Positions 1 to 9,676 of a stretch of 64,000 bases of DNA are shown here, piece after piece (within the stretch, counting starts at the first letter, position 1; each line of letters begins with the position of its first letter). The stretch comes from an uncultured virus (IMG/VR IMGVR_UViG_3300028903_000203). Taxonomy: Duplodnaviria > Heunggongvirae > Uroviricota > Caudoviricetes. Both the position numbers and the translations under genes were made by a program. The notes beneath the pieces were generated by a model that was not told the DNA's origin, searched no databases, and saw only the letters and a list, made by a program, of their open reading frames with translations. The stretch is taken from IMG/VR virus record IMGVR_UViG_3300028903_000203. One strand, 5' to 3'.

Positions 1-1
1 C

Positions 2-1471
2 CCCGACTGGTTTGTGTGGTGGGCGGCCCATCCCCGTCCGTCCACGGTCCTTCGTCAGCGCCGCCACGGTGCGGATGGTGTTATTCTCGGACTTGATCTT
101 CCCGCTGCGGAAGCGCTGGAGCGAACTCCCGCCACCGAGCTGTTAGCGCAAATGGATGGGCCGGCCGCTGCGCAGTACGAGGCGCTCTGCCGGGCCCTGG
201 CGACTGAACTGGACACGCCCCCGGCGCGGGCCGTGCGCGAGGCGCTGCGGCAAGGCCAGCCCCTCTACATCTGGGTCGAGGAGCCGGCCCGCTATCCGGC
301 ATCGGTGTTGGCCCCCTACTTGCAACGGCTGGGCGAGGGGCAGTACCAAGTAGGAACGCTGGAACAAGCGCAGCAATTCACTGCTGCTTCTGACGAGGAG
401 GCTTTCCGGCACGCCTATGGCCTGGTAATCGACGCCTGCCAGAACTACATTTATCAACGGCTCCTGCCGGCGGTCAGTTTCGAGTTCGCCTACCCCATTC
501 ATCCGCTCCACCTCGCGGTGCTGGAGCAGCTCCTGGCGGTCAATGGCGAGCTGTGTTCGCGGGAAGGCACGGTCATCCTCCGGCACCGGGGGGGGCTGTA
601 CTATACCTGGAGAGGCGGGGTGTTCAATCTCCCGTGGGTGCCGCTCTCCGCCCGGCTGACAGTGTGGGCCTACTTGTACGCTGTAGCAGAGCTAAACGAG
701 ACACCGGACCTGCCCGATCCGGCCACCTGTCTGCAATTGGTCGCGCTACCAGGGTGGCATCAGACCGCCACGGGCTATGCCTGGCAGGAAGGGAAGGTCG
801 AGAATGGGGAAGTACACTATGCCGGCCGACGTATCCCGGTAGTCTTTGGTGACCGCTGCGGGGTGCGCTTTGGGGATTCGTTGCCGTGGTTCTATCCCTC
901 TCCTGCACCGGATGGCCGGTGGGAGGAGCAGACCGATCTGCCCCCATTGGCCTACTATCTCACCGGAAGCGCCCCCTATCGGCAGCGGGGCGCGGGGGCT
1001 CATTTCGGCGACAACGAGCGGCCCCCAACCGAGATCGAACTGGCGTGGGCGGCGCGCCGTGTCGTCGCGCTCCACGCCGAGCGCCTGCGAACGCAACAGG
1101 GGCCGGAGGGCGGAGCCGAGGGCTTTCCTACCCCGGTGCGCTATGACGTGTGGCTGCCTCCGGAGCACGCTGCCGAGTTGGTCCGCGCCGCGCGCCGGCT
1201 GGGACAAGGGCGGGCCACTTTCCTGCGGGCGCTGTTGATTGCGCGGCTGGACCGCCAACAGCAGGAGCCTTTGCCGCGTGCGCCTACGGCATTAATCAAA
1301 GTCCCGCTGGAGATTCCGCCGGACGGCGCGGGGGCTCTGCGCGCCGCGCGGAGCGAACACCATTGGCCTTCGGTGTCGGAGCTGGTGCGGGCGCTGGTGG
1401 CGGAGTGGTACGCGAATCTTGGGGCGGTGACCGAGGAGAAACTACAACAGGACGACCCACAGAATGGTTAG
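2..1471 (+). CDS. Hypothetical protein (5'-truncated by window edge) with two C-terminal ribbon-helix-helix-like DNA-binding repeats
   Basis: Frame is open from the window start. C-terminal VRYDVWLPPEHAAELVRAARRLGQGRATFLRALL and IKVPLEIPPDGAGALRAARSEHHWPSVSELVRALV both fit the strand-helix-helix RHH pattern. Confidence 0.65.
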   Translation, partial: PDWFVWWAAHPRPSTVLRQRRHGADGVILGLDLPAAEALERTPATELLAQMDGPAAAQYEALCRALATELDTPPARAVREALRQGQPLYIWVEEPARYPASVLAPYLQRLGEGQYQVGTLEQAQQFTAASDEEAFRHAYGLVIDACQNYIYQRLLPAVSFEFAYPIHPLHLAVLEQLLAVNGELCSREGTVILRHRGGLYYTWRGGVFNLPWVPLSARLTVWAYLYAVAELNETPDLPDPATCLQLVALPGWHQTATGYAWQEGKVENGEVHYAGRRIPVVFGDRCGVRFGDSLPWFYPSPAPDGRWEEQTDLPPLAYYLTGSAPYRQRGAGAHFGDNERPPTEIELAWAARRVVALHAERLRTQQGPEGGAEGFPTPVRYDVWLPPEHAAELVRAARRLGQGRATFLRALLIARLDRQQQEPLPRAPTALIKVPLEIPPDGAGALRAARSEHHWPSVSELVRALVAEWYANLGAVTEEKLQQDDPQNG

Positions 1472-1532
1472 CGGGGGGCAGTCTCCGCCACACCGGGTCG
1501 CCCTGTTGTGCACAGGAAGAGGGTTCTTCCAC
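1440..1532 (-). ncRNA. Candidate structured small/antisense RNA
   Basis: Lies directly downstream of a perfect minus-strand promoter. It has a 5' hairpin GGAAGA-ACCC-UCUUCC, then a 15-bp stem (1444-1458/1495-1509) that pairs fully only on the minus strand through a G-U pair, with an inner stem UGGCGG/CCGCUA. Confidence 0.45.
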
Positions 1533-1537
1533 TAGCC

Positions 1538-1566
1538 ATTATAGTGGATAGGGCCGGAAGTGTCAA
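1538..1566 (-). promoter_or_regulatory. Consensus sigma70 promoter TTGACA-N17-TATAAT (leftward)
   Basis: + strand reads attata (1538-1543) and tgtcaa (1561-1566) with a 17-bp spacer. Confidence 0.75.
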
Positions 1567-1568
1567 GA

Positions 1569-1596
1569 TGGTTTAGTTGGATTTCGCAGTAAAGCA
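1569..1596 (-). repeat. 28-bp dif-like site, copy A
   Basis: Reverse complement is TGCTTTACTGC-GAAATC-CAACTAAACCA, 27/28 identical to copy B at 24832. Confidence 0.75.
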
Positions 1597-1671
1597 TTCA
1601 TTCTGGTACACATCGCAGCATCATCGGGACAACCACGAGGCGGAACAAGGGCTACCAGTACGAGGTGGACA

Positions 1672-3408
1672 ATGGCTACAAACGCATATAATAGAGGACA
1701 ACAGGCCGCACCGGGCGAGCGGTGGAACCTGTGGACGACCTACCAGCTTGCGGCCGAGGTGGGAGGAGCGGGGCGGGCTCCCGAAGAAGCATTCGCCGCC
1801 GCCGTGCGGGTCGTTGTCGAGTGGTTGGACAGTAAGTTTCCCCGGCATTTGCCCTCATGCGCCTACAACCTGGCGGGTTTTGAGCTGGACCACCTCGGTC
1901 TTCAGCACGTCCTGGGTGTGTCGCTGCCCTCGCACGGGGTATGGAGCGTGAGGTTGGTCCACCCGGACGCTCCATTCCAGGGCCACCCCGCCGTCGCGGG
2001 GCGCACCTGGACCACGGAGATCGCCCTGCGGGGCGGACCCAACGGCGTGCGCTTGGCGTTGCGCGTGCTGTGCGCGTCGGCTCCCTATGCGCAGGACCCG
2101 GTAGTGTTGAGCCGGCCACGAGTGATACGCGCTCTCGCCCAGCAGGTTGGTTTATGCGACCTCCGCCGCTTGGACGGGATGCCGTGGATGCTTCAGACGG
2201 AAGACGATCTGACACTACTCTATGAGCTGCTGACCTCACCCCAGCGCACGCTGCCGGTAGTGCTGTTGACTCAGCCAGCGCCGGGGGCCTTGTGGGGCAA
2301 GGTGGCCCCCTATCTACTCGATCACGAGGCTCTGGCCCGAGACTGCCTGGGGCTCGCGCACGTCGCCTGTATGCCCGCCGATCTAGGCTATGACTGGACG
2401 GCGCGGGTGGGCAAAACCTGGTCGGCATTCGCCGGCACGGTGCGCACGTATCAGCCGGGGCTGAACTTTGAGAACGGTGTGCCCTTGGCCCATCCATTGG
2501 TACTCGCGGAGCGCGTCATGTTTTGGGCTCATGAGGATTTAGAGGGAGAGCCCGCCTTTGCCGCCTTTCTAATCAACAAGTTGCAGCGCCAGTCCAACAC
2601 CCGGCCGCTGAATCGCGGGGGGTGTCTATTCATAGCCGATGCCCGCTCGCTGCAAACGACCCTGGAACGGGAACGCATCGAGCGCGAGCTGGGGCAGCGG
2701 GCCAATCTCGATGCCGCTGCCACCCTGCACAGCCAGCTCGAAGCGTTGCAGCGTGCGCATGTGGCCGAGATAGCCGCGCTCAGCGAGCAGATGCGCGAGA
2801 TAGAGGAAGCGCGGGACGTGGCGCTCGAACTCGCGGATGAAGCCGAGGGCGAGCGGGACTTGGCCCAACGGGAGAACCACAACCTCCGTATGCAGAACAC
2901 CGCCCTCCGGCTGGCTCTGGAAGGGAAACAGGGCACCAGCGCCGATGCCGGCATCGCCATTCCCGCAACACTGGCCGAGTTGCCGGAGTGGGTGGAGGAG
3001 CATCTCCCCGGGCGGTTAGTCCTGCATCCCCGGGCGTTGCAGGGGCTAAAGAAATCCACGTATGAGGACGTCGGGCTGGTGTACCAGGCCCTGCTGTTAT
3101 TGGCCCGGGAGTATCGTAACATGCGCCTGGGGGTGGATAGTGAGGCTACCTGGACGGCCCGCCGGAATGAGCTGGGCTTGCAGTTCAGTCGTTCCATTTC
3201 CGATAGCCGCGCAGGCGAGCAAGGTGATACTTACTTCGTAAACTGGCCCCTGGGCAGCAAGCGCCGGGTCTTCGTCGAGCACCACCTGCGTCAAGGGTCG
3301 TCGAAAGAGGAACGGCTCTGCCTGCGCATCTACTTCTTCTGGGATGAGGAGAGCGAGGCGGTGATCGTCGCTTGGTTGCCCAGCCATCTGGAAACGAGGG
3401 CTACCTAG
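1672..3408 (+). CDS. Coiled-coil protein with C-terminal RelE/ParE-like domain (possible defence/toxin protein)
   Basis: 578 aa with a GAGG RBS. Central heptad-rich E/Q/R region; C-terminal HLRQGSSKEERLCLRIYFFWD...VIVAWLPSHL resembles RelE-fold toxin tails. Confidence 0.6.
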   Translation: MATNAYNRGQQAAPGERWNLWTTYQLAAEVGGAGRAPEEAFAAAVRVVVEWLDSKFPRHLPSCAYNLAGFELDHLGLQHVLGVSLPSHGVWSVRLVHPDAPFQGHPAVAGRTWTTEIALRGGPNGVRLALRVLCASAPYAQDPVVLSRPRVIRALAQQVGLCDLRRLDGMPWMLQTEDDLTLLYELLTSPQRTLPVVLLTQPAPGALWGKVAPYLLDHEALARDCLGLAHVACMPADLGYDWTARVGKTWSAFAGTVRTYQPGLNFENGVPLAHPLVLAERVMFWAHEDLEGEPAFAAFLINKLQRQSNTRPLNRGGCLFIADARSLQTTLERERIERELGQRANLDAAATLHSQLEALQRAHVAEIAALSEQMREIEEARDVALELADEAEGERDLAQRENHNLRMQNTALRLALEGKQGTSADAGIAIPATLAELPEWVEEHLPGRLVLHPRALQGLKKSTYEDVGLVYQALLLLAREYRNMRLGVDSEATWTARRNELGLQFSRSISDSRAGEQGDTYFVNWPLGSKRRVFVEHHLRQGSSKEERLCLRIYFFWDEESEAVIVAWLPSHLETRAT

Positions 3409-3528
3409 TTGCGGCAAAGGTAACGCGGCCCGGCACACGTGGGTCGGGAACCGATTCCCGGTGGATTCGTATTACATAGGATAACGCAAGATTGCGTGGG
3501 CGGTCGGCCTGATAGGAGAAGCAAGCCA

Positions 3529-3729
3529 ATGCGGTCACATCGGCTCGAACTGGTAATCTGGTGGGCCTGGGTTGCGCTCGCGGCTGTTGCGGGATTGGTG
3601 TGCTGGCTCCTCTGGCCGGCTGTGGCGTGGCCGGCTGTGCCCCTGGGTGTGATCGTCACGCTCGCCGTCACCGCGCCGGTCGCCATCATCCTGCACCGAC
3701 GGCTCTTGCTGCGCGCTCAGCAACCCTAG
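3529..3729 (+). CDS. Small two-TM membrane protein
   Basis: AGGAGA RBS before ATG 3529; two hydrophobic segments and a basic C-terminus. Confidence 0.5.
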   Translation: MRSHRLELVIWWAWVALAAVAGLVCWLLWPAVAWPAVPLGVIVTLAVTAPVAIILHRRLLLRAQQP

Positions 3730-3926
3730 CCCTTCACCACGGTTCCGCGTCCGCAACATCTTCCGCGTCGTGCGGCAGCCGCTGGCTGGGGCTCTTCATT
3801 ACTTTTCCAGGTACGGGTTCCACCGCACACACGGGCCACATGATGGGCTCGGGCGGCGGAGGCGGAACTTGGATACATGGCATTGAAAAGCGGGCCACTC
3901 GGCCCAGCATGATAAGGAGGACAGAC

Positions 3927-4178
3927 ATGGCCGACACGTTTCTGGACTTTATCCGCAGACTACTTCAGCGCGTGCGGGACGCTCTGAAAGGCGGGCCGCT
4001 GACACCGGAGAGGGCAGCGGCCGAGCGAGCCCGCCTGGTTGCCGAGAACCCCGAATGGCAGGAGATATTTGACTTTGCCCAGCAGCATCCCGAGGAAATG
4101 GAGGCGGTGCTGCGTTATGCTCGCTACATCGTAAGTGGGCAACCGGGGGAGCAAGCCCCCCCCCAGCCACAAGGATAG
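3927..4178 (+). CDS. Small hypothetical protein (MADTFLDFIRR...)
   Basis: Strong AAGGAGG RBS before ATG 3927; helical 83-aa product. Confidence 0.65.
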   Translation: MADTFLDFIRRLLQRVRDALKGGPLTPERAAAERARLVAENPEWQEIFDFAQQHPEEMEAVLRYARYIVSGQPGEQAPPQPQG

Positions 4179-4255
4179 GCCAAGTTACACTATAGGGTGG
4201 CCAGGAAACTCAGCAGGAGGCCAAACCGAACTCCTCACGGGGAGTCGTGTCTACC

Positions 4256-4300
4256 AAACCCCCAACTTCAAAATCTTTGAAGTTGGGTGTTTCTTTGTCT
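4256..4300 (+). terminator. Rho-independent terminator
   Basis: Perfect stem CCCAACTTCAAA-atc-TTTGAAGTTGGG followed by a T-rich tail. Confidence 0.7.
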
Positions 4301-4302
4301 GG

Positions 4303-4352
4303 TAGGGGGCCAACCGGCCCCCTATTGCACCTGGGCGGGAGAAGTGTACAAT
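4303..4352 (+). promoter_or_regulatory. Array promoter copy 1: palindrome + -35/-10
   Basis: TAGGGGGCC-aacc-GGCCCCCTA, then TTGCAC-N16-TACAAT, upstream of the first array gene. Confidence 0.7.
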
Positions 4353-4393
4353 GAAGCAGACGTGGAAACTAGCAACTGCGGCGGAGAAAAGGC

Positions 4394-6685
4394 ATGAGCT
4401 GCAAAGACGAAGCTGAGAAAGAAGCTGCGAACTTGGCCCCCGCCACGGGCGTAGCGCCCGGCCAGGTAGACGGCGGCGAGCGATGCGTGCGCGAGGGTTG
4501 TTCTGCCCTGGTGAACCTGGCAACAGGGTTGTGCGTCGAGGGCCATGCCCAGCATAGCGGCGGCCCAGACCTGGCGGTGGTGTGGAAAGGGAGCCATCCC
4601 GAGCAGTGGCAGTTTCTCCAGGATGCCCTGGCCGCCGACCCCGACAATGAGTTCTTCCGCAACCTGGTGGCGCAGATTGCCCGGCGTGGCAACCTGTCCG
4701 CCCGGCAGATGGCGGCACTGGAGCAGGCCCGCGGCGAAGGGCTCGACCAGGTGCGCGAGCGGCAGATGCTGCGGGCTAACAATGGCCCCTGGGCCGCCGC
4801 CGCGCGGTTGCTCGCACAGCTCCGACCGCTGGCCGACCGTAACCACCAGTCGTTGAACTATGAGGCGGCGGTGGAGATCGCTGCGCGACTGAATCAGCCC
4901 GGTGGGGAACAGTTGGTCCTGTCGCCGAAGCAGCGGCTGCTGATACGCGATGTGCTGCTGGGAGCCAGGACAGTGCTGGAAACCAGATTAGCCCAAGGCG
5001 TGCCGTGGCACGATGACATTGACTGGGGCGCAGCGCCCGCAGCGGTCGCGGTGGGCGCGCTTGATAGAGACGTGAGCTGCCAGCCGGAGGCGGCAGCAGT
5101 AGCGCGGCTTCAGGAGTTGGGCCAGGCAGTGGGAACGGTGACCCAAGCAATCCGGGCCGCCCTGCGGGCGGTGCGCCTGGTAGCAGGGGCGGAAGGGGAG
5201 CGCCCGTCCATGGGCATGCCCAAACGGGTGGTGTATGACCGCCAGAAAGGCTGGCGGGTCGTCTTAGAGACAACAGAGGGCACCCAAGAGCTACCGTTGG
5301 AGAACGTCACGGTACGGGCCTTGGACCTGGCCCCTACAGGCCGCTGCCTGCATCCAGGCTGCAATGCCCCGCTGGTGATTGGCGAGAATGTCTGCGCCCA
5401 TGGGCATGTCCAGGGGGCTGAAGGCGAGCGGGTGGGAGAAACCACGGCCGGCAAGGCCGGCCTAACCGCCCGCTCCTGGAGCCTGGTGCGCCGCTATAAA
5501 TGGATGGCTCCCGAAGACGCGGCCTTTGTGTCTTCGGCCAGCCTGGTGCAGCCTATGCCGGAGGCAGGCGTGCGTTGCCAGGTCTGCGGCCGGCCGTGTA
5601 CCGCCGAAGCTTATGAGGTTGAGGATGCGCGGGGCTTGGGCAAGGTAATGGTGGGCTCCGAGTGCGCCAAGAACCTACTGGGCAACATCAACTTCCGGGC
5701 GTTGCAGGAGCGCAAGCAAGAGGAAGAAGACGCGGGCGTGGCGGCAGCCCGCGCGGCCCAGGATCAGGAAGAGGCCGACCGCATCGCGGCGCTGCTGGCG
5801 ACATGGCAAGAGGAAAACCAAGGGCTGTGGCAGTTTCTACAGGAAGCCCATGCGGAGGACCCCGGCAACGAGTTCTTCCGCTCCCTGGATCAGCGGCTGC
5901 GCCGGCTGGGCGGTCTGTCCGAGGGGCAGATGAGCGCCCTGGAACGGGCGGCGGGATCGGGGCTTGACGAAGTGCGGCGACGGCGTGACCTGCGGGAGTC
6001 TGATGATGTTTGGGGGCGGGCGGTAGAGTTTGTCTTAGGGCGCATGAGTGTGAGCCGGCAGGACCCGGCGATTGCCATCCTGCGGGACATCAAAGGGCGG
6101 CGTTGGCAGGAGGCCGTGTCTCCGGTGAAGCGCGGCGGGCTGGCCCCTTTGACGGACAAGCAGCGCGGGGTGGTCCAGCGGGCGGCCCGCCGCTACGCCA
6201 AGAACCAGTTCTCCCCACACGTGCGGCGCAAAGACCGCCCCGATGACGATCTTTCCCCTGACTTCTGGTGGGAAGCGGTGTTCTTCCACGCGGCGCTGCA
6301 ATCCCAGGACTTGGCGCATGAGCCAGGGGACAGTGCTACCAGCACGCTGTACCGGGTGGCTAGCGTGCTGCGCGACGCGGCGGGTTCCCAGCACCTCTCC
6401 AGCACACGGGCGGCGGATGACATCGCTATCGTGGATGCCACTACGGGTGAGCCGGTTGTCATTGCCGGCCAGCCTATCACCCAAGTGGTGGTGCAGCAGG
6501 TCTACCTGGGGGATGACAACCAGTGGTATGTCGAGTGCGGGCTGCGGGCCCAGGAGACCCTCAGCGACTTGGGTATGTATGAGCGGCCCGTGGTTGCAGT
6601 GCCTATAGATGAATCAATGCAAGTCAGCGTGTTGACCGACCGCGGCCAGCCGTACTGGTGGTTGATGCCCAAAGAGGCGCAATGA
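4394..6685 (+). CDS. MSC-leader protein; duplicated F..L..Q...G.LS..Q helical module, internal second copy of the leader Zn finger, CxxC...GSEC Zn finger
   Basis: 763-aa ORF starting MSCKDEAEKE...GQVDGGERC...C...C..GHAQ. Confidence 0.85.
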   Translation: MSCKDEAEKEAANLAPATGVAPGQVDGGERCVREGCSALVNLATGLCVEGHAQHSGGPDLAVVWKGSHPEQWQFLQDALAADPDNEFFRNLVAQIARRGNLSARQMAALEQARGEGLDQVRERQMLRANNGPWAAAARLLAQLRPLADRNHQSLNYEAAVEIAARLNQPGGEQLVLSPKQRLLIRDVLLGARTVLETRLAQGVPWHDDIDWGAAPAAVAVGALDRDVSCQPEAAAVARLQELGQAVGTVTQAIRAALRAVRLVAGAEGERPSMGMPKRVVYDRQKGWRVVLETTEGTQELPLENVTVRALDLAPTGRCLHPGCNAPLVIGENVCAHGHVQGAEGERVGETTAGKAGLTARSWSLVRRYKWMAPEDAAFVSSASLVQPMPEAGVRCQVCGRPCTAEAYEVEDARGLGKVMVGSECAKNLLGNINFRALQERKQEEEDAGVAAARAAQDQEEADRIAALLATWQEENQGLWQFLQEAHAEDPGNEFFRSLDQRLRRLGGLSEGQMSALERAAGSGLDEVRRRRDLRESDDVWGRAVEFVLGRMSVSRQDPAIAILRDIKGRRWQEAVSPVKRGGLAPLTDKQRGVVQRAARRYAKNQFSPHVRRKDRPDDDLSPDFWWEAVFFHAALQSQDLAHEPGDSATSTLYRVASVLRDAAGSQHLSSTRAADDIAIVDATTGEPVVIAGQPITQVVVQQVYLGDDNQWYVECGLRAQETLSDLGMYERPVVAVPIDESMQVSVLTDRGQPYWWLMPKEAQ

Positions 6686-8271
6686 GCTGCAAAGGTGAGG
6701 CGGAAAAGGAAGCCGGCCAGCTCGAAAACGCCACGCGGATAGCCTTGGGCCAGGCCGACGCGGCGGCGCACTGCATCCACCCCGACTGTGAGGCGCACAT
6801 CAACCAGGCTACGGGACTCTGCACTCGGGGCCACGCCCAGCAGATTCCCGCGCAGGTCGAGCGGGACCCACAGACCTATACGCAGGCCCGCGACTGGGGC
6901 CAAGCCTTTGCCACGTTTCTAAGCACCTATGAGTATGCCTGGGGGCTGCGGAAAGAGGGCGTGCCCTGTGGGTGGAGTACCGGCGGTTGCCAGGTCTTGG
7001 CGGACGCGCTCCAGCTCTGGTTGGGCGAAGAAAACGTTATCCGGAGCATGTTCGCACAGGTGGGGGGCAATCTACCGGAGGGCCCACGAGCCGACCATGT
7101 GGTAACGCGCTGTGGCGTATGGTGTCTTGACGGCCTGGGGATACAGACGGAAGAGGCCCTCGTAGATTTATTTTTGCAGGATAAGGCAGAAGAGTGGGAC
7201 GAGCTGGAGGGTGGGGATGATGTGGGTGATGACTGGGAAGATGGGGAGCATAATCCCGAAAACTACGACTTGGTGCCTTATGACCCAGCAATCTTGGGCA
7301 CTATTCAACGCCAGCCGGAGATTTCCCAACGGCTGGCCGGGCTCTTGGCGCAGCGTTGGGACCGCGACGAGGTGCTGAGGCTACTCGGGACCCGGAGCAG
7401 CTCACGCCAGTTGCCCCTAGCGGTGCGGGACATCCCTCCTGGCCCCGGATTCGCGCGGGTCAACAACGCTGACGCCAACGGCCTACCCAACATCCACACG
7501 GGCGGCGTGTGGCGGAGCCCTGATGGGCGGGAGTACTGGAAGCCGCTCGACGGCCGGCCCTATAGCAACGCCGACTTCCACTTGCCGACGCAGGAAGCGG
7601 AGGCGTTGGAACTCATGGCCGATGTGCCAGGCTTTCCCCGCAACTGGCGGGTCGAGGAAATCCCGGTTGTGGTGGACGGCCAGACCTATACCCGGCGCTG
7701 GCTGGTGCGGGAACAGGTGTGGCCGGTGCCGGCGGAGTATCCCGCTGACCGCTTGCGCCTGGACGACGTGCGGGCTATCGAGGACGGGCTGCGGCGGCTC
7801 AACCAGCGCGGCTGGGGCATCGGCGATCACCTTTCCGTGGCTATAGACCGCCAGCGCCGGCCGCTTATCCTGGACCTCTCGGCGGCCGGCCCCGAGGAAA
7901 ACCCGGCGGCGGACGACACCGACCGCTTCCTGCGCTGGGCCGAGAGCATGGGCTATGGTCGCCTGGTGCAGTTACGGCGGGCCGGCCGGGACCTGACCGA
8001 TATGGCGAGCGCCTATGGTGACCCCCAGTGGCCGCGGGGGGAAGATGGCCGGCCCGACCTGGGCTACGTGCATGTGTATGCTTCACGTAACCGGCCGGCA
8101 GCGGCCACTTGGGTGGATGTGCCGGGCGCGCACTTCCGGGCCGGGGATGTGGCCCAAGAGGGGGTGCATACCTGGGTGGTAACAAAGGAGCCCTTGAGTG
8201 CGGAGCAAATCCAGCGGTTCGATCTCACCTGGGCCTGGAGCCCGGTGCGTTACAGCGGAGGTAGCGAATGA
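6682..8271 (+). CDS. MSC-leader protein; putative Cys-His-Asp (papain-like) domain and kinase-like domain
   Basis: ATGA overlap with the upstream gene; leader motif; GGCQVLADAL...HVV...CLDGLG; YWKP...E.EALE...LRRLNQRGW.IGD...LILDLS. Confidence 0.8.
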   Translation: MSCKGEAEKEAGQLENATRIALGQADAAAHCIHPDCEAHINQATGLCTRGHAQQIPAQVERDPQTYTQARDWGQAFATFLSTYEYAWGLRKEGVPCGWSTGGCQVLADALQLWLGEENVIRSMFAQVGGNLPEGPRADHVVTRCGVWCLDGLGIQTEEALVDLFLQDKAEEWDELEGGDDVGDDWEDGEHNPENYDLVPYDPAILGTIQRQPEISQRLAGLLAQRWDRDEVLRLLGTRSSSRQLPLAVRDIPPGPGFARVNNADANGLPNIHTGGVWRSPDGREYWKPLDGRPYSNADFHLPTQEAEALELMADVPGFPRNWRVEEIPVVVDGQTYTRRWLVREQVWPVPAEYPADRLRLDDVRAIEDGLRRLNQRGWGIGDHLSVAIDRQRRPLILDLSAAGPEENPAADDTDRFLRWAESMGYGRLVQLRRAGRDLTDMASAYGDPQWPRGEDGRPDLGYVHVYASRNRPAAATWVDVPGAHFRAGDVAQEGVHTWVVTKEPLSAEQIQRFDLTWAWSPVRYSGGSE

Positions 8272-9668
8272 GCTGCACAGGAGAGCGCAACAGACAGTCA
8301 AGGTTACTGGAGCGCGCCGCGCGGGTGGCCTCGGGCGGTGTGGCAGGGGCAGCCACTTGTCTTTATCCTGGTTGCGGCCAACCCCTGACCACCCAGCAGG
8401 AGTGTCCCCGCGGCCACAGCCAGTGTCCGGGCGATGTGGGCCGCGCCTTGTTGAACGCTACCCAGGAGTGGCGTACCCGCGAGCAGGCACGCCCTCAGCG
8501 TGATTGGGGCCAGGGAGCGACTCTGCATGGCTGGGACGCTGCCACTGCCCGCGCCAAGGCGGCCCTGGCCTGGGGCGTGGGCCACGAGGTGGGGGATGCC
8601 GAGCTGGAGAAACGGGCCGAGGATGCTGTCCAGGCGCTGGATCGCCTGGACAGCATCCAGGCGCTGGCCGGGGCCGAGCAGCTCTTGCAGCGGTTTGCAG
8701 CAGGACCCCTCTGGGATGAGCCGGACCAGGGGGTGCTGATCCAACTGGGGACGTATCTAATTCGGGCAGAACCGCCCGTTGATCTTCAGCCGATCCTGGC
8801 GCGGGTCCATGCCCGTGTTTCGCGCTTCCGGAGCGAGGGGTATGACGTGCCCGCGGAAGGCCGGGGCGAATATCAGCAGCTCGTGGCCCGCCTGGCGGAA
8901 CTGGAAACCTATGACGAGACCCTGGGCCGGCTGCAACGGCGCTATCCCGAACAGTTCCTGACCGAGGACCATGCGCTGCGGGCGCTGTTCTTCACCGGGT
9001 GCGGGTTCGATTGGGTGGGGGGGCAACTGGTGGATAGCTGGCCGACATTGGACGAGGAAATCACCGCGCGGGAGGCCGCCCACGCGGCCCGGATGCGCGA
9101 GCTGGATGAGCAGGATGCGGCGTTCGATGCCCAGTTGCGGGCGGCGGGCCGTGAACCCCCGCCACGGGAGCCGGTGCAACCCTACGTGCCGCCGCCGGTG
9201 ACCGCGGCTGATTTGGAGCTCGATGCATGGTCAGATTTGCAGCGCGTGCCGGAGAATGTGACCCCCAGTTGGCGCGGCGCGGCCCTGCGGGCCATCGCCC
9301 TGGCCCGCCGCCTGGGTTGGGATGACGGTCAGGACACCCTGGACACCCTGGAGTGGCGGCTCTGGCATCTGGGAGCTGAAAAGAAGCCGGAGCGGGAGCT
9401 GCCCACGAGCGGCGTCTGGGCCGACGAGACGGAGCGGGACAGCCAGGTCGGTGGAACCGCCCGTGATTGGCAGCGGGAACTGCAACTCAAGCATGAGCTG
9501 AGTAATGAGTGCTGGGACAGCGAAGGGGACACTTTTGGGCAGGTACGGGTGCGCATAGTCCGCGGGCAGTACGGGACCATGTTTGAGGGGTATTGCTCCC
9601 GCTGCGGCTGCATCAGCGAGGCGGACTATGAACCGGACCCGGACTTCGAGGCCCGTATCCGGTACTAG
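8268..9668 (+). CDS. MSC-leader protein with C-terminal Cys motif (paralog of 9677)
   Basis: ATGA overlap; leader MSCTGERNRQ; shares RLAELETYDET, WRGAALRAI.LARR.GW and CWDSE.DT.GQV.VR...C.RCG with the next gene. Confidence 0.85.
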   Translation: MSCTGERNRQSRLLERAARVASGGVAGAATCLYPGCGQPLTTQQECPRGHSQCPGDVGRALLNATQEWRTREQARPQRDWGQGATLHGWDAATARAKAALAWGVGHEVGDAELEKRAEDAVQALDRLDSIQALAGAEQLLQRFAAGPLWDEPDQGVLIQLGTYLIRAEPPVDLQPILARVHARVSRFRSEGYDVPAEGRGEYQQLVARLAELETYDETLGRLQRRYPEQFLTEDHALRALFFTGCGFDWVGGQLVDSWPTLDEEITAREAAHAARMRELDEQDAAFDAQLRAAGREPPPREPVQPYVPPPVTAADLELDAWSDLQRVPENVTPSWRGAALRAIALARRLGWDDGQDTLDTLEWRLWHLGAEKKPERELPTSGVWADETERDSQVGGTARDWQRELQLKHELSNECWDSEGDTFGQVRVRIVRGQYGTMFEGYCSRCGCISEADYEPDPDFEARIRY

Positions 9669-9676
9669 GAGGCGCT

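Noticed and set aside
1296..1532. 78-aa leaderless ORF downstream of the minus-strand promoter
   Set aside because: It is a low-complexity Pro-rich product mostly antisense to a longer credible CDS, and RNA structure explains the region better. Not fully excluded.
4394..4560. MSC N-terminus as a Sec/lipoprotein signal or RiPP precursor leader
   Set aside because: There is no hydrophobic h-region or lipobox before the Cys, the products are large multi-domain proteins, and no modifying enzymes are visible in the window.
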